From a virus: a DNA stretch of 64,000 nt. The notes under the pieces were generated by a model. The model ran no database searches. It was not told the DNA's origin and was given only the letters and a program-made list of their open reading frames with translations. A program made the translations under genes and the position numbers. Below, in pieces: positions 1 through 10,344 of the stretch; positions within the stretch are counted from its first letter, which is position 1, and the number at the start of each line of letters is the position of its first letter. The DNA lies in the IMG/VR virus record IMGVR_UViG_3300044729_001198, positions 122,632-186,631 of that record. One strand, 5' to 3'.

Positions 1-407
1 ACAAATGCAGGTTTATTAGTTACTCCTCCAAAAAAAGGAACATCAACATCGTTATGACACAAGACACCATCGCTATCTATTAGTTGTTTATAAAACCAAG
101 CCATAGATGTAAATGACTCATCTTGCCAGTCCCATTGAATACTTTCTTGCATCACATAAACTTTTCCACAGAAAGGCTTTATTTTTTGAATTAAATCAAC
201 TTGATTTATAGCAAGATGCTCTCTATTCTTTTCTTTTGGTATAATCACAATACCAACATCTATGAAATATGGAATTTCCGGCGTATTAAAGATTGGGATG
301 TGAATTGCATCTAAAGCACATACCCAAGCTTGGTCAGTTCTCATATTTGGATTATTTCGTGGAACTTTTCCAAAGTAACCACCTTCAGTAAAAAATGCTA
401 TTTTCAT
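1..407 (-). CDS. Partial CDS (runs off window), probable glycosyltransferase-related protein
   Basis: Manual translation from ATG at 407: MKIAFFTEGGYFGKVPRNNPNMRTDQAWVCALDA..., open to the window edge; ATGA overlap with the stop at 404; MKIAFF start is typical of GT-B enzymes; glycan cluster context. Confidence 0.55.
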   Translation of the reverse strand, partial: MKIAFFTEGGYFGKVPRNNPNMRTDQAWVCALDAIHIPIFNTPEIPYFIDVGIVIIPKEKNREHLAINQVDLIQKIKPFCGKVYVMQESIQWDWQDESFTSMAWFYKQLIDSDGVLCHNDVDVPFFGGVTNKPAF

Positions 408-973
408 ATGTGTTGTAATGTAGTGTAATAATTTGTAACATTCGGATGAAAGTAACTAACTTTACAATCAAATAAGGATTCATCGAGATATACAACTCCA
501 CCACAACCACTTATATATTCGGTTGCTGAAAAATGTTTACATATGTCTGCAAGCCGTTGTGAGCTTGACGATGTGATTCCTAACTCTGATGACCTGACCA
601 TGGGTGTTGTTATACCCAATGCAGTTCTACAATATTCAATACTAGCAATGTTTACGTCAACGAGAGAAGTGTGTGAGTATATATCTGAAAAGTCTATTCC
701 AAAATTGGTTTGTAACTTATTTAGGATTACACGTTTCCATTTTGGATTTTGACTAACGAAAATATCCTTGATTAGTTTTGAATTTGCGTGTTGTTCCAAC
801 TCAATAGTAAACCATTCATCTACACCATTTTTATTAAGAAACTTATTTCGATTCTGAAAGTTATTTTTTGTGTATTGAACATCGTCTAAAATTACAAATA
901 AGTCAGCCGATTCCATTTTTTGAAAGAATCCCATGTAGGGGAAATGTTCAGGTTGATGTATTGTTATTTTCAT
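404..973 (-). CDS. WbqC-like family protein
   Basis: N-terminal IHQPEHFPYMGFFQKM..D.FVILDDVQY and YISG.GG..YLD motifs of the WbqC family. Confidence 0.85.
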   Translation of the reverse strand: MKITIHQPEHFPYMGFFQKMESADLFVILDDVQYTKNNFQNRNKFLNKNGVDEWFTIELEQHANSKLIKDIFVSQNPKWKRVILNKLQTNFGIDFSDIYSHTSLVDVNIASIEYCRTALGITTPMVRSSELGITSSSSQRLADICKHFSATEYISGCGGVVYLDESLFDCKVSYFHPNVTNYYTTLQHI

Positions 974-1587
974 CGAGATAATACCATTAAAAAGTCAAAT
1001 TTTGATTTGTGTATTAAGGTAACATTTTCAGTTACCGATAAGGCAATCTCTAATGTAGATGATGGTGAGAAATACTCAATATTAGTGCTTCTTATAGAAG
1101 CCCATGTGCTTGGAAAATTTACCATAACAACATCAGAACAATCATACATACATTGTAGATATTCTTTTAATTTAGTTGGATGGTCAGCAGGTCCCCCTTG
1201 ATTTCCAGCAACTCCAGATGAGATTGCTAAATCATACTTTTTGTTAATCTTTGATTCTAAAATATCCGATACCTCAAACGAATGTTCTTTGTAATTTTCA
1301 GATGCAATTTTAACAAACTCATCATTTATATCAATACCATGATATGACTTACAATTATAACCAAAATCAAAGAAAGAACCCCAGCCACAACCAAATTCAA
1401 TAATTGACTTATCCGAAAACGGAATAATTGAATTCATAGCATCATATCTAAACTTCGCAGAAGTGCCATCAGCTGACCCCCATGTCAGAGACCTATAGTC
1501 TCCAACTCCATATGTTTTTAAAGACTCAGCGTACCAAGTCATCATTCTTTCACGTTGATTCATATTTAAACAATTATAGAAACCCAA
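970..1587 (-). CDS. Class I SAM-dependent methyltransferase
   Basis: IIEFGCGWG motif I, YHGIDIN motif II, KYDLAISSG. Confidence 0.8.
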   Translation of the reverse strand: MGFYNCLNMNQRERMMTWYAESLKTYGVGDYRSLTWGSADGTSAKFRYDAMNSIIPFSDKSIIEFGCGWGSFFDFGYNCKSYHGIDINDEFVKIASENYKEHSFEVSDILESKINKKYDLAISSGVAGNQGGPADHPTKLKEYLQCMYDCSDVVMVNFPSTWASIRSTNIEYFSPSSTLEIALSVTENVTLIHKSKFDFLMVLSR

Positions 1588-2252
1588 TCTACCTTACCAA
1601 TATACGAATTAATTTTATAACATCCAAGCCCACCAACAATTTTATGTAAGGGAATGTATGGTTCTCGTTTAGAATGGTCGGTGAAATACATACCACGAAG
1701 CCACGAACTTTCATTACCAATTAAATTAACACCAGCGTTCTTTATTTCGTTTGCCAAATCCACTCTCTTTATAAGATTAGATTGAATTGTTGGTTTTAAC
1801 TCATCAAACGTATATAGTGGTAAATCCATCATTTTATTTGAAAATACAAACCCACCTCTACCAAAGTTTAACCATTTGGATTTATTTGTAGATGAGACCA
1901 CAATGTCAGCATATTTACCCAACCCAACCAGACCATGACATTGACTTAAATCTTCGATTATTTTTAAAGACGTGTGTTCTCTTATGGTTTTAACATCAGC
2001 TCTGATACCAAACATATGTGGTATGATGATAGTATCATAGTCGTCAGCAACACTTAACACATCTTTGACATCAATTTGTAGGTCAAAATCACAATCAGAC
2101 AAGTAGTAATCACAATTGGTTTGTGTAACTGCTGTCAATATGTCAGTGCAAGTGTAGGATGGTATAATTACTTTTTTAGAATCTAACTCTTTCAAAGCAA
2201 TTATTAAAGCATCCGTACCGGATTTAGTTTGATATGTATATTTTTTATACAT
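1566..2252 (-). CDS. DegT/DnrJ/EryC1/StrS-like PLP aminotransferase (short form)
   Basis: SGTDALIIAL, VIIPSYTC, IIIPHMFG, IIEDLSQCHG, K.L..G.GG motifs; only 228 aa. Confidence 0.75.
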   Translation of the reverse strand: MYKKYTYQTKSGTDALIIALKELDSKKVIIPSYTCTDILTAVTQTNCDYYLSDCDFDLQIDVKDVLSVADDYDTIIIPHMFGIRADVKTIREHTSLKIIEDLSQCHGLVGLGKYADIVVSSTNKSKWLNFGRGGFVFSNKMMDLPLYTFDELKPTIQSNLIKRVDLANEIKNAGVNLIGNESSWLRGMYFTDHSKREPYIPLHKIVGGLGCYKINSYIGKVDWVSIIV

Positions 2253-2902
2253 TAGCGAACAATTTTTAAAACATTAAACGCTTCAGCATATTTAACACCC
2301 GACTGACTACCTCTGAATTTTGCTAATGTTTCAAGATTGGATATCATATCAAATCCATGACATTTGAATTTTTCTATCTGACTCCGGTGTTTTAGACACC
2401 CTTGAAGTTTGTAGTCAAATGACTCTGTGATATCAACATAATAGTTAGCTACAGGATATGTCGTAGTAATTCTTGGAAGTGGGACTTGTTCATAACAAAG
2501 TACATTTTTAACCAAACGGCCAGCAGCCATTGTAGCAGAAAGAGTATTAATGTGGTCTTGATGAGTATCACCACCCCAATGGGTATAGATAATATCTATA
2601 TTACGTTCTTTAATGATTTTTTCAAGGAACGCTACTGATTGATTATCAAATGGAACTTTAGTATCTTGAAATGGTCCAAGAATTAATTCAGCACCAATTA
2701 CATCAGCAGCCAATTTTGCTTCAATAATACTTTGAGAACTATCTCGTGTTACTTCTTGAGTATGAGCATCTTTAACATCACTTTGGGTCATTACAACCAT
2801 AGTCACATTATCACCATCATTGGTGTGTTTTTTTAGTGTGCCAAAACACCCAAATTCAATATCATCGGGATGAGCACCGATTGCTAAAATATTATAAGAC
2901 AT
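2252..2902 (-). CDS. PIG-L/LmbE family N-deacetylase
   Basis: LAIGAHPDDIEFG, IYTH...D.HQDH motifs; start moved to ATG at 2902 (MSYNILAIG). Confidence 0.85.
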   Translation of the reverse strand: MSYNILAIGAHPDDIEFGCFGTLKKHTNDGDNVTMVVMTQSDVKDAHTQEVTRDSSQSIIEAKLAADVIGAELILGPFQDTKVPFDNQSVAFLEKIIKERNIDIIYTHWGGDTHQDHINTLSATMAAGRLVKNVLCYEQVPLPRITTTYPVANYYVDITESFDYKLQGCLKHRSQIEKFKCHGFDMISNLETLAKFRGSQSGVKYAEAFNVLKIVR

Positions 2903-3857
2903 CTTTCCAACCTTTAAATTTATAATATGGGTGAAATAAATTAGCAAGATTTTGACTACTTGCTTCATAAGCCTTCTTATACCAAGAATGTTGTTCTCTT
3001 AACAAGCCCGTGTTTGTTGGGTCTATACCAACCTCACCTAAAACATTTTTACGCTTCGAATGGTGTTTTCTATTATGAACTAACAAAATATTTCTGATAA
3101 CATATTGTGGTATATTACCCAACAATTTTTGGGTCATCATCATAAACGCGGTATCTTCATGTACAAAGAACATACCTTTAGGAATATTAGCACCTGATTT
3201 GATAACTTCCGATGATATTACTAACCCACACCCGTTAAATTTATGTTGTGGTAAAACTACAACATCTAAATTTTCAGTTTCTTCATTTATAGAATCCATT
3301 TCGGATTCAGACATGGTGTAGCGTAATGACCACCAATTTTCAGTATCACCTTCTATAAAAGGTTTGGTTGTGAATTTCGGATGTTCCAATAATTTCCAAG
3401 AATCATCCCACATTTTACACCCACCAAAGAACGAAAGGTATTTTGGAGTTTGGTCTTTAACTTGCTGATGTAATTGGTCAAGTATAACGAACATTTGTTT
3501 TGGAGCCAGCATATCAGACTCACCCCAAATCAGAACATCAGCCGACTCACAATATCTTTCATTAAAATCCCTACGATAGTCTGCGATTGAATATAAGGTT
3601 GAGTGAGTTGTTATGTTTACAGAATAACCATCACGTTTCATATATTCAAATTCCGTGATTATTTTATTTAAAACCCATTCAAATTCATAATCTTTACCAT
3701 CAAATTTTTCAAGAAGTTGATTTGTAATCAATGCAAAGTCTACTTGTACTTTTGATTTATCATACAATTTTATAGAAGAGCGAATTGATGAGATATACTC
3801 ATCAATAATTTTCACCTCATACCATTGTACTAAACATCCTATAGCAAACTTTGTCAT
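2892..3857 (-). CDS. Putative GT-A fold glycosyltransferase
   Basis: VLIWGESD, FNGCG, FVHED and late H motif; cluster context. Confidence 0.45.
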   Translation of the reverse strand: MTKFAIGCLVQWYEVKIIDEYISSIRSSIKLYDKSKVQVDFALITNQLLEKFDGKDYEFEWVLNKIITEFEYMKRDGYSVNITTHSTLYSIADYRRDFNERYCESADVLIWGESDMLAPKQMFVILDQLHQQVKDQTPKYLSFFGGCKMWDDSWKLLEHPKFTTKPFIEGDTENWWSLRYTMSESEMDSINEETENLDVVVLPQHKFNGCGLVISSEVIKSGANIPKGMFFVHEDTAFMMMTQKLLGNIPQYVIRNILLVHNRKHHSKRKNVLGEVGIDPTNTGLLREQHSWYKKAYEASSQNLANLFHPYYKFKGWKDVL

Positions 3858-4366
3858 AGTATGTATCCCGTGTTTTCATCAAGAGCGAACCATGGTCTAC
3901 CAACGTGTTCTGAAACTTTAATCATCAAAGCACGTTCTGTATGTCTATTTATATCATCAAATACCATTGGTACTGATGTATTAAACATATCAATGTGTTT
4001 TAAAAAACCACCTCGACCAAACATACCATTTGGACCATCTATTAGAATTAAATCATAATGTTCTGGCAATTTACCAACTAACATTGAGGGGTCGTACCAA
4101 CCAATTTGGCGTTCCGAATGTTCTCCTGGAAGTTCGGGAGAAGTCCACTCCGAATTGTAGTTTTTAATTGGAGCGTAAATGTACGTTGAGTCATATTTAT
4201 CAATCCACTCTTTATAATTTTCAATTGAGTACATCGTATAGTGTCTACTCAAATAATCAGTACCAATACCACTACCGAATTCTAATATAGTTTTACCCTC
4301 TGGTAAAATCTCTTTAATAAAATTGTAACAGGACTCTTGGATAGCCCATCCACCTAATTTACTCAT
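3854..4366 (-). CDS. SAM-dependent methyltransferase-like protein
   Basis: ILEFGSGIGT, DLILIDGP, VFDD motifs. Confidence 0.65.
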   Translation of the reverse strand: MSKLGGWAIQESCYNFIKEILPEGKTILEFGSGIGTDYLSRHYTMYSIENYKEWIDKYDSTYIYAPIKNYNSEWTSPELPGEHSERQIGWYDPSMLVGKLPEHYDLILIDGPNGMFGRGGFLKHIDMFNTSVPMVFDDINRHTERALMIKVSEHVGRPWFALDENTGYIL

Positions 4367-4991
4367 GCCAAATAACTTTTGTAATTACACCTTCAAAATC
4401 TTCTAATATTCTAAATTGTTCATTGTAACGTCTACGTCCAAAATTGTGACCGACCCCATGCCCAATTCCTTTAACAAGTTCTATGTGGTTTTTGCTTAAT
4501 GCCAAATCAACAGCACGTTTTACGTTTTCCCTATGAACATTACAACCATAATCATCAAACACAATATAACATTCTGAAGAACAATTCATACCAACAGCAC
4601 GATTCAAGTCTGATATTACTTGGTCATATTGATGACCAGCATCTATTAAGAAAACTGAAATCTCATCCTGTATGTTTAACAACTGATTTGAATATAAATC
4701 GAAATTATGATAAACTATATTCGTTCGGTCATTATTCAATTCCTTAGCAGATTCATTTTCATTATGGTTTATTGTATGAACTTTGTCAAATAAAAATGAT
4801 AATATACGGGTAGTTTGTCCTTTATGAGTTCCAAACTCAACACATACTTTATCTTCAAATCCTTTAAAAAAGTCCCACAAATCAGTTTTGAATTTGAATG
4901 ATGTGGTTGAGAGGTTCTGGTGTTTATCTTCACCAACCTCTATTAATAGTTCTTCAATTGTTTTCATATAAATGTTTATAAGTTTTTTCAA
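4359..4991 (-). CDS. Class I SAM methyltransferase (Methyltransf_24-like)
   Basis: VEFGTHKGQT, IDAGHQYDQV, IVFDDYG motifs. Confidence 0.7.
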   Translation of the reverse strand: MKKLINIYMKTIEELLIEVGEDKHQNLSTTSFKFKTDLWDFFKGFEDKVCVEFGTHKGQTTRILSFLFDKVHTINHNENESAKELNNDRTNIVYHNFDLYSNQLLNIQDEISVFLIDAGHQYDQVISDLNRAVGMNCSSECYIVFDDYGCNVHRENVKRAVDLALSKNHIELVKGIGHGVGHNFGRRRYNEQFRILEDFEGVITKVIWHE

Positions 4992-5718
4992 TCCAATATT
5001 GCGATGATGGTGGCGTACCAGCGTTGTAATGACTCACATACCCATAACGAGTATGTAACATATCATCACCCAACACTTCAAATCGCATCATGTCTTGCAT
5101 ATTCCACTCGTAACCTAAAACTTTGTAGTCGTGTGGAATGTCACGATTTACAAAGAAGTTAAATACAGGTTGGTCGTTCCCAACACAATATGTATTTTGA
5201 ACCCAAATCAATTTATCACGATTTTCTTGATAAAAATTATGGATTGATTTAAATAACTCTTTGTGTTTTTTGTTGAACACCATAACCCCTGAATTAAAAT
5301 AATTGTAATAAGGGAATGTAAACCCATCAAACACAAACTTTGAATAGTTTTCAATACTACGACATACCCAATCCATATCACCATAATTTCTAACAGCTGT
5401 AAATTTATGGTCAGTCAACTCAAAAATATTTGGAGCATCAGGTGTAACGATGGTATCGTAGTCTACATATAAAACTTGGTCGTAATCAATCTCATTAGCC
5501 TCAAGAATATCAAGAATATACATTTTAAACCAATTTGGTTTCATCCATTCAATATCCATCAAAGGTTGGTCTAATACAAAAATATCACACCCCCATCGTT
5601 CCGCATAACTTTCCCAAGACTTTATTGACCACTCAAAAGCCCCCTTGAGAGTGTTTCCACCCCCTTGGAACTTTTTATCATGTTCTATGTTTATAAGAAA
5701 AATTATGTTTTTAGCCAT
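4954..5718 (-). CDS. GT-A glycosyltransferase (GT8/GT34-like)
   Basis: VLYVDYD (DxD), YFNSGVMVFN, NDQPVFN, SHYNAG. Confidence 0.75.
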   Translation of the reverse strand: MAKNIIFLINIEHDKKFQGGGNTLKGAFEWSIKSWESYAERWGCDIFVLDQPLMDIEWMKPNWFKMYILDILEANEIDYDQVLYVDYDTIVTPDAPNIFELTDHKFTAVRNYGDMDWVCRSIENYSKFVFDGFTFPYYNYFNSGVMVFNKKHKELFKSIHNFYQENRDKLIWVQNTYCVGNDQPVFNFFVNRDIPHDYKVLGYEWNMQDMMRFEVLGDDMLHTRYGYVSHYNAGTPPSSQYWIEKTYKHLYENN

Positions 5719-6493
5719 TGTACATCTCTTTTACGATATCCCATGTTTGTTTCATCAGAGAGTTTCGTTGTTTTCTATCAAAGCCGGAAAACTTCCATAA
5801 GTTACCATACTTGATAAAGTAAGGAGTCTGGTCTTCTTTTAACTGCCAATTGTGAGAAAACCAATTAAATCGATTCATGTGATTTACGTTAAATGAGTTG
5901 GGTAACTCAAACCTAAAATCTACACTCATAGATTGTAACATATAATTGTATACGGGCTGGTCAGTCCCACGACCAACACTTGACTCTAATATACAAATTT
6001 TCTCATAGTTTTCCAAATAAAAATCCTTTAAATTATTTAAAAATTCAATGTGTGATTTTGTAAATATTTGGAAACCACAATCGATATATTTTTTTAAATC
6101 AAAGTTTACATTTGGAAATAAATCATAATACCCACCAATTCCTTGAGACAACCATCTAACGTTTTCGAGAGATTGAAACGTGCTCAATCCATCAAAAGTC
6201 ATATTAAAAAAATTAGGAGAATCCCAACGAATCATATAAGAGGCATCAACAACAGCAACCTTATTCCAATCCAAATGTGAAAGTTTTGATTCTAAATCAA
6301 ACCACCGTGTCCAAGTTACTTTATGTTTGGTAGTGTCCCATTCCGTGGAATCGTATTCGTAAAACTCTACACCATTTTTTGTACACCAATGTTTCCAAGT
6401 GCTTTTAGAGTATTCAAAGTATTCGAACCCACCATGTTTTTCCATAGTGTTTTCATTAGAACTTTTAACCCCAACCCAATATACTACATTCAT
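5711..6493 (-). CDS. GT-A glycosyltransferase, paralogue of the adjacent gene
   Basis: VAVVDA, YIDCGFQIF, TDQPVYNY align with the adjacent GT. Confidence 0.65.
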   Translation of the reverse strand: MNVVYWVGVKSSNENTMEKHGGFEYFEYSKSTWKHWCTKNGVEFYEYDSTEWDTTKHKVTWTRWFDLESKLSHLDWNKVAVVDASYMIRWDSPNFFNMTFDGLSTFQSLENVRWLSQGIGGYYDLFPNVNFDLKKYIDCGFQIFTKSHIEFLNNLKDFYLENYEKICILESSVGRGTDQPVYNYMLQSMSVDFRFELPNSFNVNHMNRFNWFSHNWQLKEDQTPYFIKYGNLWKFSGFDRKQRNSLMKQTWDIVKEMYNG

Positions 6494-6556
6494 AAATAGC
6501 TAATAGATAAATTGAAAATTTTCTTTATGACACACGTCTCGTTCCCAAACATTCGT

Positions 6557-7168
6557 TCACGATAGGGTATCGTAGTAATCGTTTTGTTGTTCTTGTCTTT
6601 CAATGGTTTTATCATGGAATAATGATAATTCTAACATCCATGGTAAGTTTGAAATCGTCTCATATCCTTCGAGTCGTTCGTGTACTTTGTTAATCCAACG
6701 AATTGACTCTTTGTTCTTGTAGATTCTCCATTGCGGGTCGGGCCAATTAACCCAACCATGTTCGTTTACATTCCAACCCCATTTCTGAATATGGTCTTGT
6801 GTCAATCCTTCTACCGTGTTTACTCGTGGTACAAGGATTACATCAACATCGTTGGATTCAAGAATGTCTGGTAGATTAGCCAATAGTAATGGGTTGGGTA
6901 CTTCATCTGCGTCAATCTGAAAAATATAATCACCACTACAAAGTGATGTTAATTTGTTTTTCCAATCACCAAAGTGGCCATCAAATGAATCTGAAGTAAC
7001 ATTGATATTGTTAGATTCTAACCATTCGTGGATTTCTTGGAATCCGTTTTTGTTATCAAACAAAACTACAATCTCATCTTCATCACGTTTTCCCTCGGAC
7101 AAGAAACTGATAAGTCGTTGAATCTCTTTCAACTCTTTACATACTGTAACTGCGTAACTGATTTTCAT
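6557..7168 (-). CDS. Glycosyltransferase family 2
   Basis: ISYAVTV, EIVVLFD, DYIFQIDADE, WPDPQWRIYKN, VHE. Confidence 0.8.
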   Translation of the reverse strand: MKISYAVTVCKELKEIQRLISFLSEGKRDEDEIVVLFDNKNGFQEIHEWLESNNINVTSDSFDGHFGDWKNKLTSLCSGDYIFQIDADEVPNPLLLANLPDILESNDVDVILVPRVNTVEGLTQDHIQKWGWNVNEHGWVNWPDPQWRIYKNKESIRWINKVHERLEGYETISNLPWMLELSLFHDKTIERQEQQNDYYDTLS

Positions 7169-7172
7169 AATT

Positions 7173-7628
7173 TTAATCTATTTGTTCTCGTTCTTGTTCC
7201 GAAGCCACTCTATCAAATTTACCATATTTGTAATTGTAGATAATAATTGATGTAATGTTTCGTTCCACAAAAGTCCTATATCCCTCACTCAACATCTTTC
7301 GTTTGATTTCGGCCATATAAAATTGTTTAGAACTCTCGTTAATTTGTAATTTAGTCAAGTCCAACTTTTTTACTTTTGAACTTGTACTTTTAATCTCGGG
7401 ATATTCTTCCGCTAATTTTTCAAATACATTTGGTTTGATGTGCTTTAAGTCGATACAATGGAAATACTCCATATACTTGGGCTGTAATACGAATACAAAA
7501 TATTCTTCAATATCACCCGATACCTTTTTGTATCTCACTTTAGCAACCATACCCCTTTCCAATTTACTTTTTGAAATCGGAGTGGGGTCGGTCATTCTAA
7601 CTCTATGTTGACTTTTAAAATCAGCCAT
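7173..7628 (-). CDS. Hypothetical protein, weak resemblance to T4 gp2-like DNA end protector
   Basis: ORF fits the gene train; G(M)..(F/V).Y...Y..FV..P..F.(G/C)I.L.(H/Y) pattern only loosely recalled. Confidence 0.3.
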   Translation of the reverse strand: MADFKSQHRVRMTDPTPISKSKLERGMVAKVRYKKVSGDIEEYFVFVLQPKYMEYFHCIDLKHIKPNVFEKLAEEYPEIKSTSSKVKKLDLTKLQINESSKQFYMAEIKRKMLSEGYRTFVERNITSIIIYNYKYGKFDRVASEQEREQID

Positions 7629-8898
7629 TTACTTTTTTCAATTTAGGTAATTGTAAAGTCACTTGTTGTGGACCTTTACCTACGTTATGTTTTTGTAAAA
7701 TTTCACCAAGCAGTTCGGTCATGTTCCGAATTGTAAAATTGTCTTTGACAAACTTACGATTTTTTCTTGACATTTCCAAACATTTACCATGGTTTTCATA
7801 AATATATTTTAAGGTATTAGAAACCTCATTATAATTGATTGTAAACCAATTAGAATCTTTGACCAACCAATCGTTAGCAGCTGATGGGTGGATTTGTTCA
7901 AGATTCCCACCTACCAAGAAGTTGTATTCTTTATGTAAGAAATCTAAATGACCACTCCAATTTGAAGTCAAAATAGGTTTACCACTAACACAAGCCTCTA
8001 ACAATGGTCTACCAAACCCCTCACCTCGTGTTAATGAAACGTGAGCCTTTACTTTCGAATGGTTATATAATGAGTTCATCTCATCATCAGTCAAGTCACC
8101 ATCTACAATATAGATATTAGGTAGGTTTTTAGAATCAACCGTTGACTTGATTAAATCAATACGTTTACGAATTTCATGTACATTTGTAATTGATGGAGCC
8201 ACAATCGATGTCTTCAGAATCAGAGCGGGCTTTTTAGTTTTGTTTTTAAAACTTTCAAGAAACGTTTTAACCAAACCACTTACATTCTTTCGGTCTTGCA
8301 TAAATTCACCGGGTAACCAATGACCAACAAATAAGAAAGCAAAGTCTTCTTTTACCGAACCCATAATGTCATCTACCGACCTATGTACTGGCTTTTTATT
8401 ATCAAAGATATTTTCGTCAAATCCTTCGAACAAAATTTCAACTGGTTTTTCTAATTTCAATTCACCAATTTTTTGTTTGGTTTTTTCATCTTGTTTATCG
8501 TATGTAACCTCAAGAGTTTTCTTGGAGTGATTAGATGAAACAATAGTCAAATCCATTCTATTACAACCTTCGATAAACGCTGGACTTGCTGTATCAGTTT
8601 CAATAACAGCACTAACACCTATATTAAAATGACCAACTGACTGAAACTCATTTGGAATTGTAATCTGAATCCAAACATCCGGCTTTTGTTGAATTGATGT
8701 TATCATTCTTGAAATTAAATCATTGTCGATACCATCAGTAAGAGCCGTTTGAGGTGTATTTCCCCAACGTTGTGGTAAAATCTTAACATCCCACTCATCT
8801 TTTTTTACTTCGATAAGAGAACGTACAAAGTCTCTCGAACGAGACCCATATCCACTTCGAGTTGCGATTGGGCAACTAACTATACATAACTTTTTCAT
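7621..8898 (-). CDS. GT-B glycosyltransferase (GT4)
   Basis: SGYG, FLFVGHW, RKNVSGL, RGEGFGRPLLEA, GKP. Confidence 0.85.
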   Translation of the reverse strand: MKKLCIVSCPIATRSGYGSRSRDFVRSLIEVKKDEWDVKILPQRWGNTPQTALTDGIDNDLISRMITSIQQKPDVWIQITIPNEFQSVGHFNIGVSAVIETDTASPAFIEGCNRMDLTIVSSNHSKKTLEVTYDKQDEKTKQKIGELKLEKPVEILFEGFDENIFDNKKPVHRSVDDIMGSVKEDFAFLFVGHWLPGEFMQDRKNVSGLVKTFLESFKNKTKKPALILKTSIVAPSITNVHEIRKRIDLIKSTVDSKNLPNIYIVDGDLTDDEMNSLYNHSKVKAHVSLTRGEGFGRPLLEACVSGKPILTSNWSGHLDFLHKEYNFLVGGNLEQIHPSAANDWLVKDSNWFTINYNEVSNTLKYIYENHGKCLEMSRKNRKFVKDNFTIRNMTELLGEILQKHNVGKGPQQVTLQLPKLKKVNG

Positions 8899-10313
8899 GC
8901 TTTATAAATATCAAATCGTTTACGAGGTTTCCAATTTTGGAAACAATCTTCAAATGCTTCGATGAACTTGTCACCCATTGTTTCGGATGCCATATCACCA
9001 TCACCAACAACCCACTCATGACCACGTTGACCATAAATTTCTAACCTATCTCTACCATATGAAAATGTAAGGTTTAGAGCGTTAGCTACATCATGAAAAT
9101 CACATCGGTCATCAAAGATATACGGAGTCATCGGCGAACCCTGCAATGACCTGTTACTTGGCCAGACAGGAAAAGCCCACACACCATAAGATATGTCATC
9201 CGAATTCGACCACTCTCTATGGTTGTGTAGAGACCCGATTTCTACATAATCTTCGGCTGTTATTTGTTTACCAAACAATTCAAAACCACATTGGTCTTGT
9301 AGTCCACCGGTGACATTAACAATGATTGGAGTTCCGGCTCGTAGAGCTTCACATGAAGCCAATCCAAATCCTTCGTTAGAACCAATATTAAGAATAATAT
9401 CACCTGAATTATAATATAGATTTAATTCTTGGGTTGTCATTGGTCCGTTTGTGAATTTGTAATCACCAAACTTACCATTCCATTTGATTACTTCAGGAAT
9501 ATCAGTTCCATGTTCCGATACTTGTTCGGAGTGTATGAACAAACATACCTTTTTATCTTGATTCGTTTCGGCAAATTCATTAAATGCAAGAATTACATCT
9601 CCTGGAGATTTTCTACGAATGTTTCTATTGTTCCAAAGAACTACAAAGTCATATTTGTCAAGGTCGTATTTTTTCTTGAATTCAATCAACGATGTGTCAT
9701 CACTTGGAACTGGCTTGAACATTTTAGAAACACCATGTGGAATATACTTGTATGCCCAATCTTCTTTAGGCATTCCATACTTTTCCAATACACGTTTGTT
9801 GATACCATAGGTTTGTTTTGATATTGAAATCAATTGGTCACAACTTGCATAAAACGGAGCGTTCCACATTGGGTCTGGCAAATCATCCCAAATGTTGTAG
9901 TAAATAATTGGTACAAATTGTCTTAACTCAAGCTCCATGTCATACAACCACCCCCAAAAACGTGGGTCAGTAAAGTGCATGATGGCGTCGGGCTTTTCAA
10001 TGTTGATTAGTTCTCTGATAACTTCAGGACTACCATATCCGGTATGAGCATAAATTTTAACACTACCATCTTCGATTCCGGCTTCTTTACAAGCATCTTC
10101 AGAAACATCAAATACCTTACCATGGTCTGGATGTTTTAAAGCAGCTCCCAACTGAACCCAATCATACTTGTGTAGACTTGAGATGACAATTTCTTTTGAT
10201 TGAGTGGCAATTCCACTATGTAGCCGTAGGTCGTCTGACAATAAAAGAATCTTCTTTTTCTTTTGACGATTCGGGTCTACCTTTTTAAGTTTAGGTAATT
10301 TTAATTCTTGCAT
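8895..10313 (-). CDS. GT-B glycosyltransferase (GT4)
   Basis: SGIA, IPHGV, NRNIRRK, NEGFGLASCEALRAGTPII. Confidence 0.85.
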   Translation of the reverse strand: MQELKLPKLKKVDPNRQKKKKILLLSDDLRLHSGIATQSKEIVISSLHKYDWVQLGAALKHPDHGKVFDVSEDACKEAGIEDGSVKIYAHTGYGSPEVIRELINIEKPDAIMHFTDPRFWGWLYDMELELRQFVPIIYYNIWDDLPDPMWNAPFYASCDQLISISKQTYGINKRVLEKYGMPKEDWAYKYIPHGVSKMFKPVPSDDTSLIEFKKKYDLDKYDFVVLWNNRNIRRKSPGDVILAFNEFAETNQDKKVCLFIHSEQVSEHGTDIPEVIKWNGKFGDYKFTNGPMTTQELNLYYNSGDIILNIGSNEGFGLASCEALRAGTPIIVNVTGGLQDQCGFELFGKQITAEDYVEIGSLHNHREWSNSDDISYGVWAFPVWPSNRSLQGSPMTPYIFDDRCDFHDVANALNLTFSYGRDRLEIYGQRGHEWVVGDGDMASETMGDKFIEAFEDCFQNWKPRKRFDIYKA

Positions 10314-10329
10314 ATCGTAACTCTTTCTA

Positions 10330-10336
10330 ATAAATA
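10330..10336 (-). promoter_or_regulatory. Putative late motif TATTTAT upstream of the glycan island
   Basis: Same motif as upstream of the structural genes. Confidence 0.5.
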
Positions 10337-10344
10337 TAGAATTG

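Noticed and set aside
6492-6498. Late motif at the start of the 5711-6493 gene
   Set aside because: It overlaps the ATG itself in AT-rich DNA and is likely chance.
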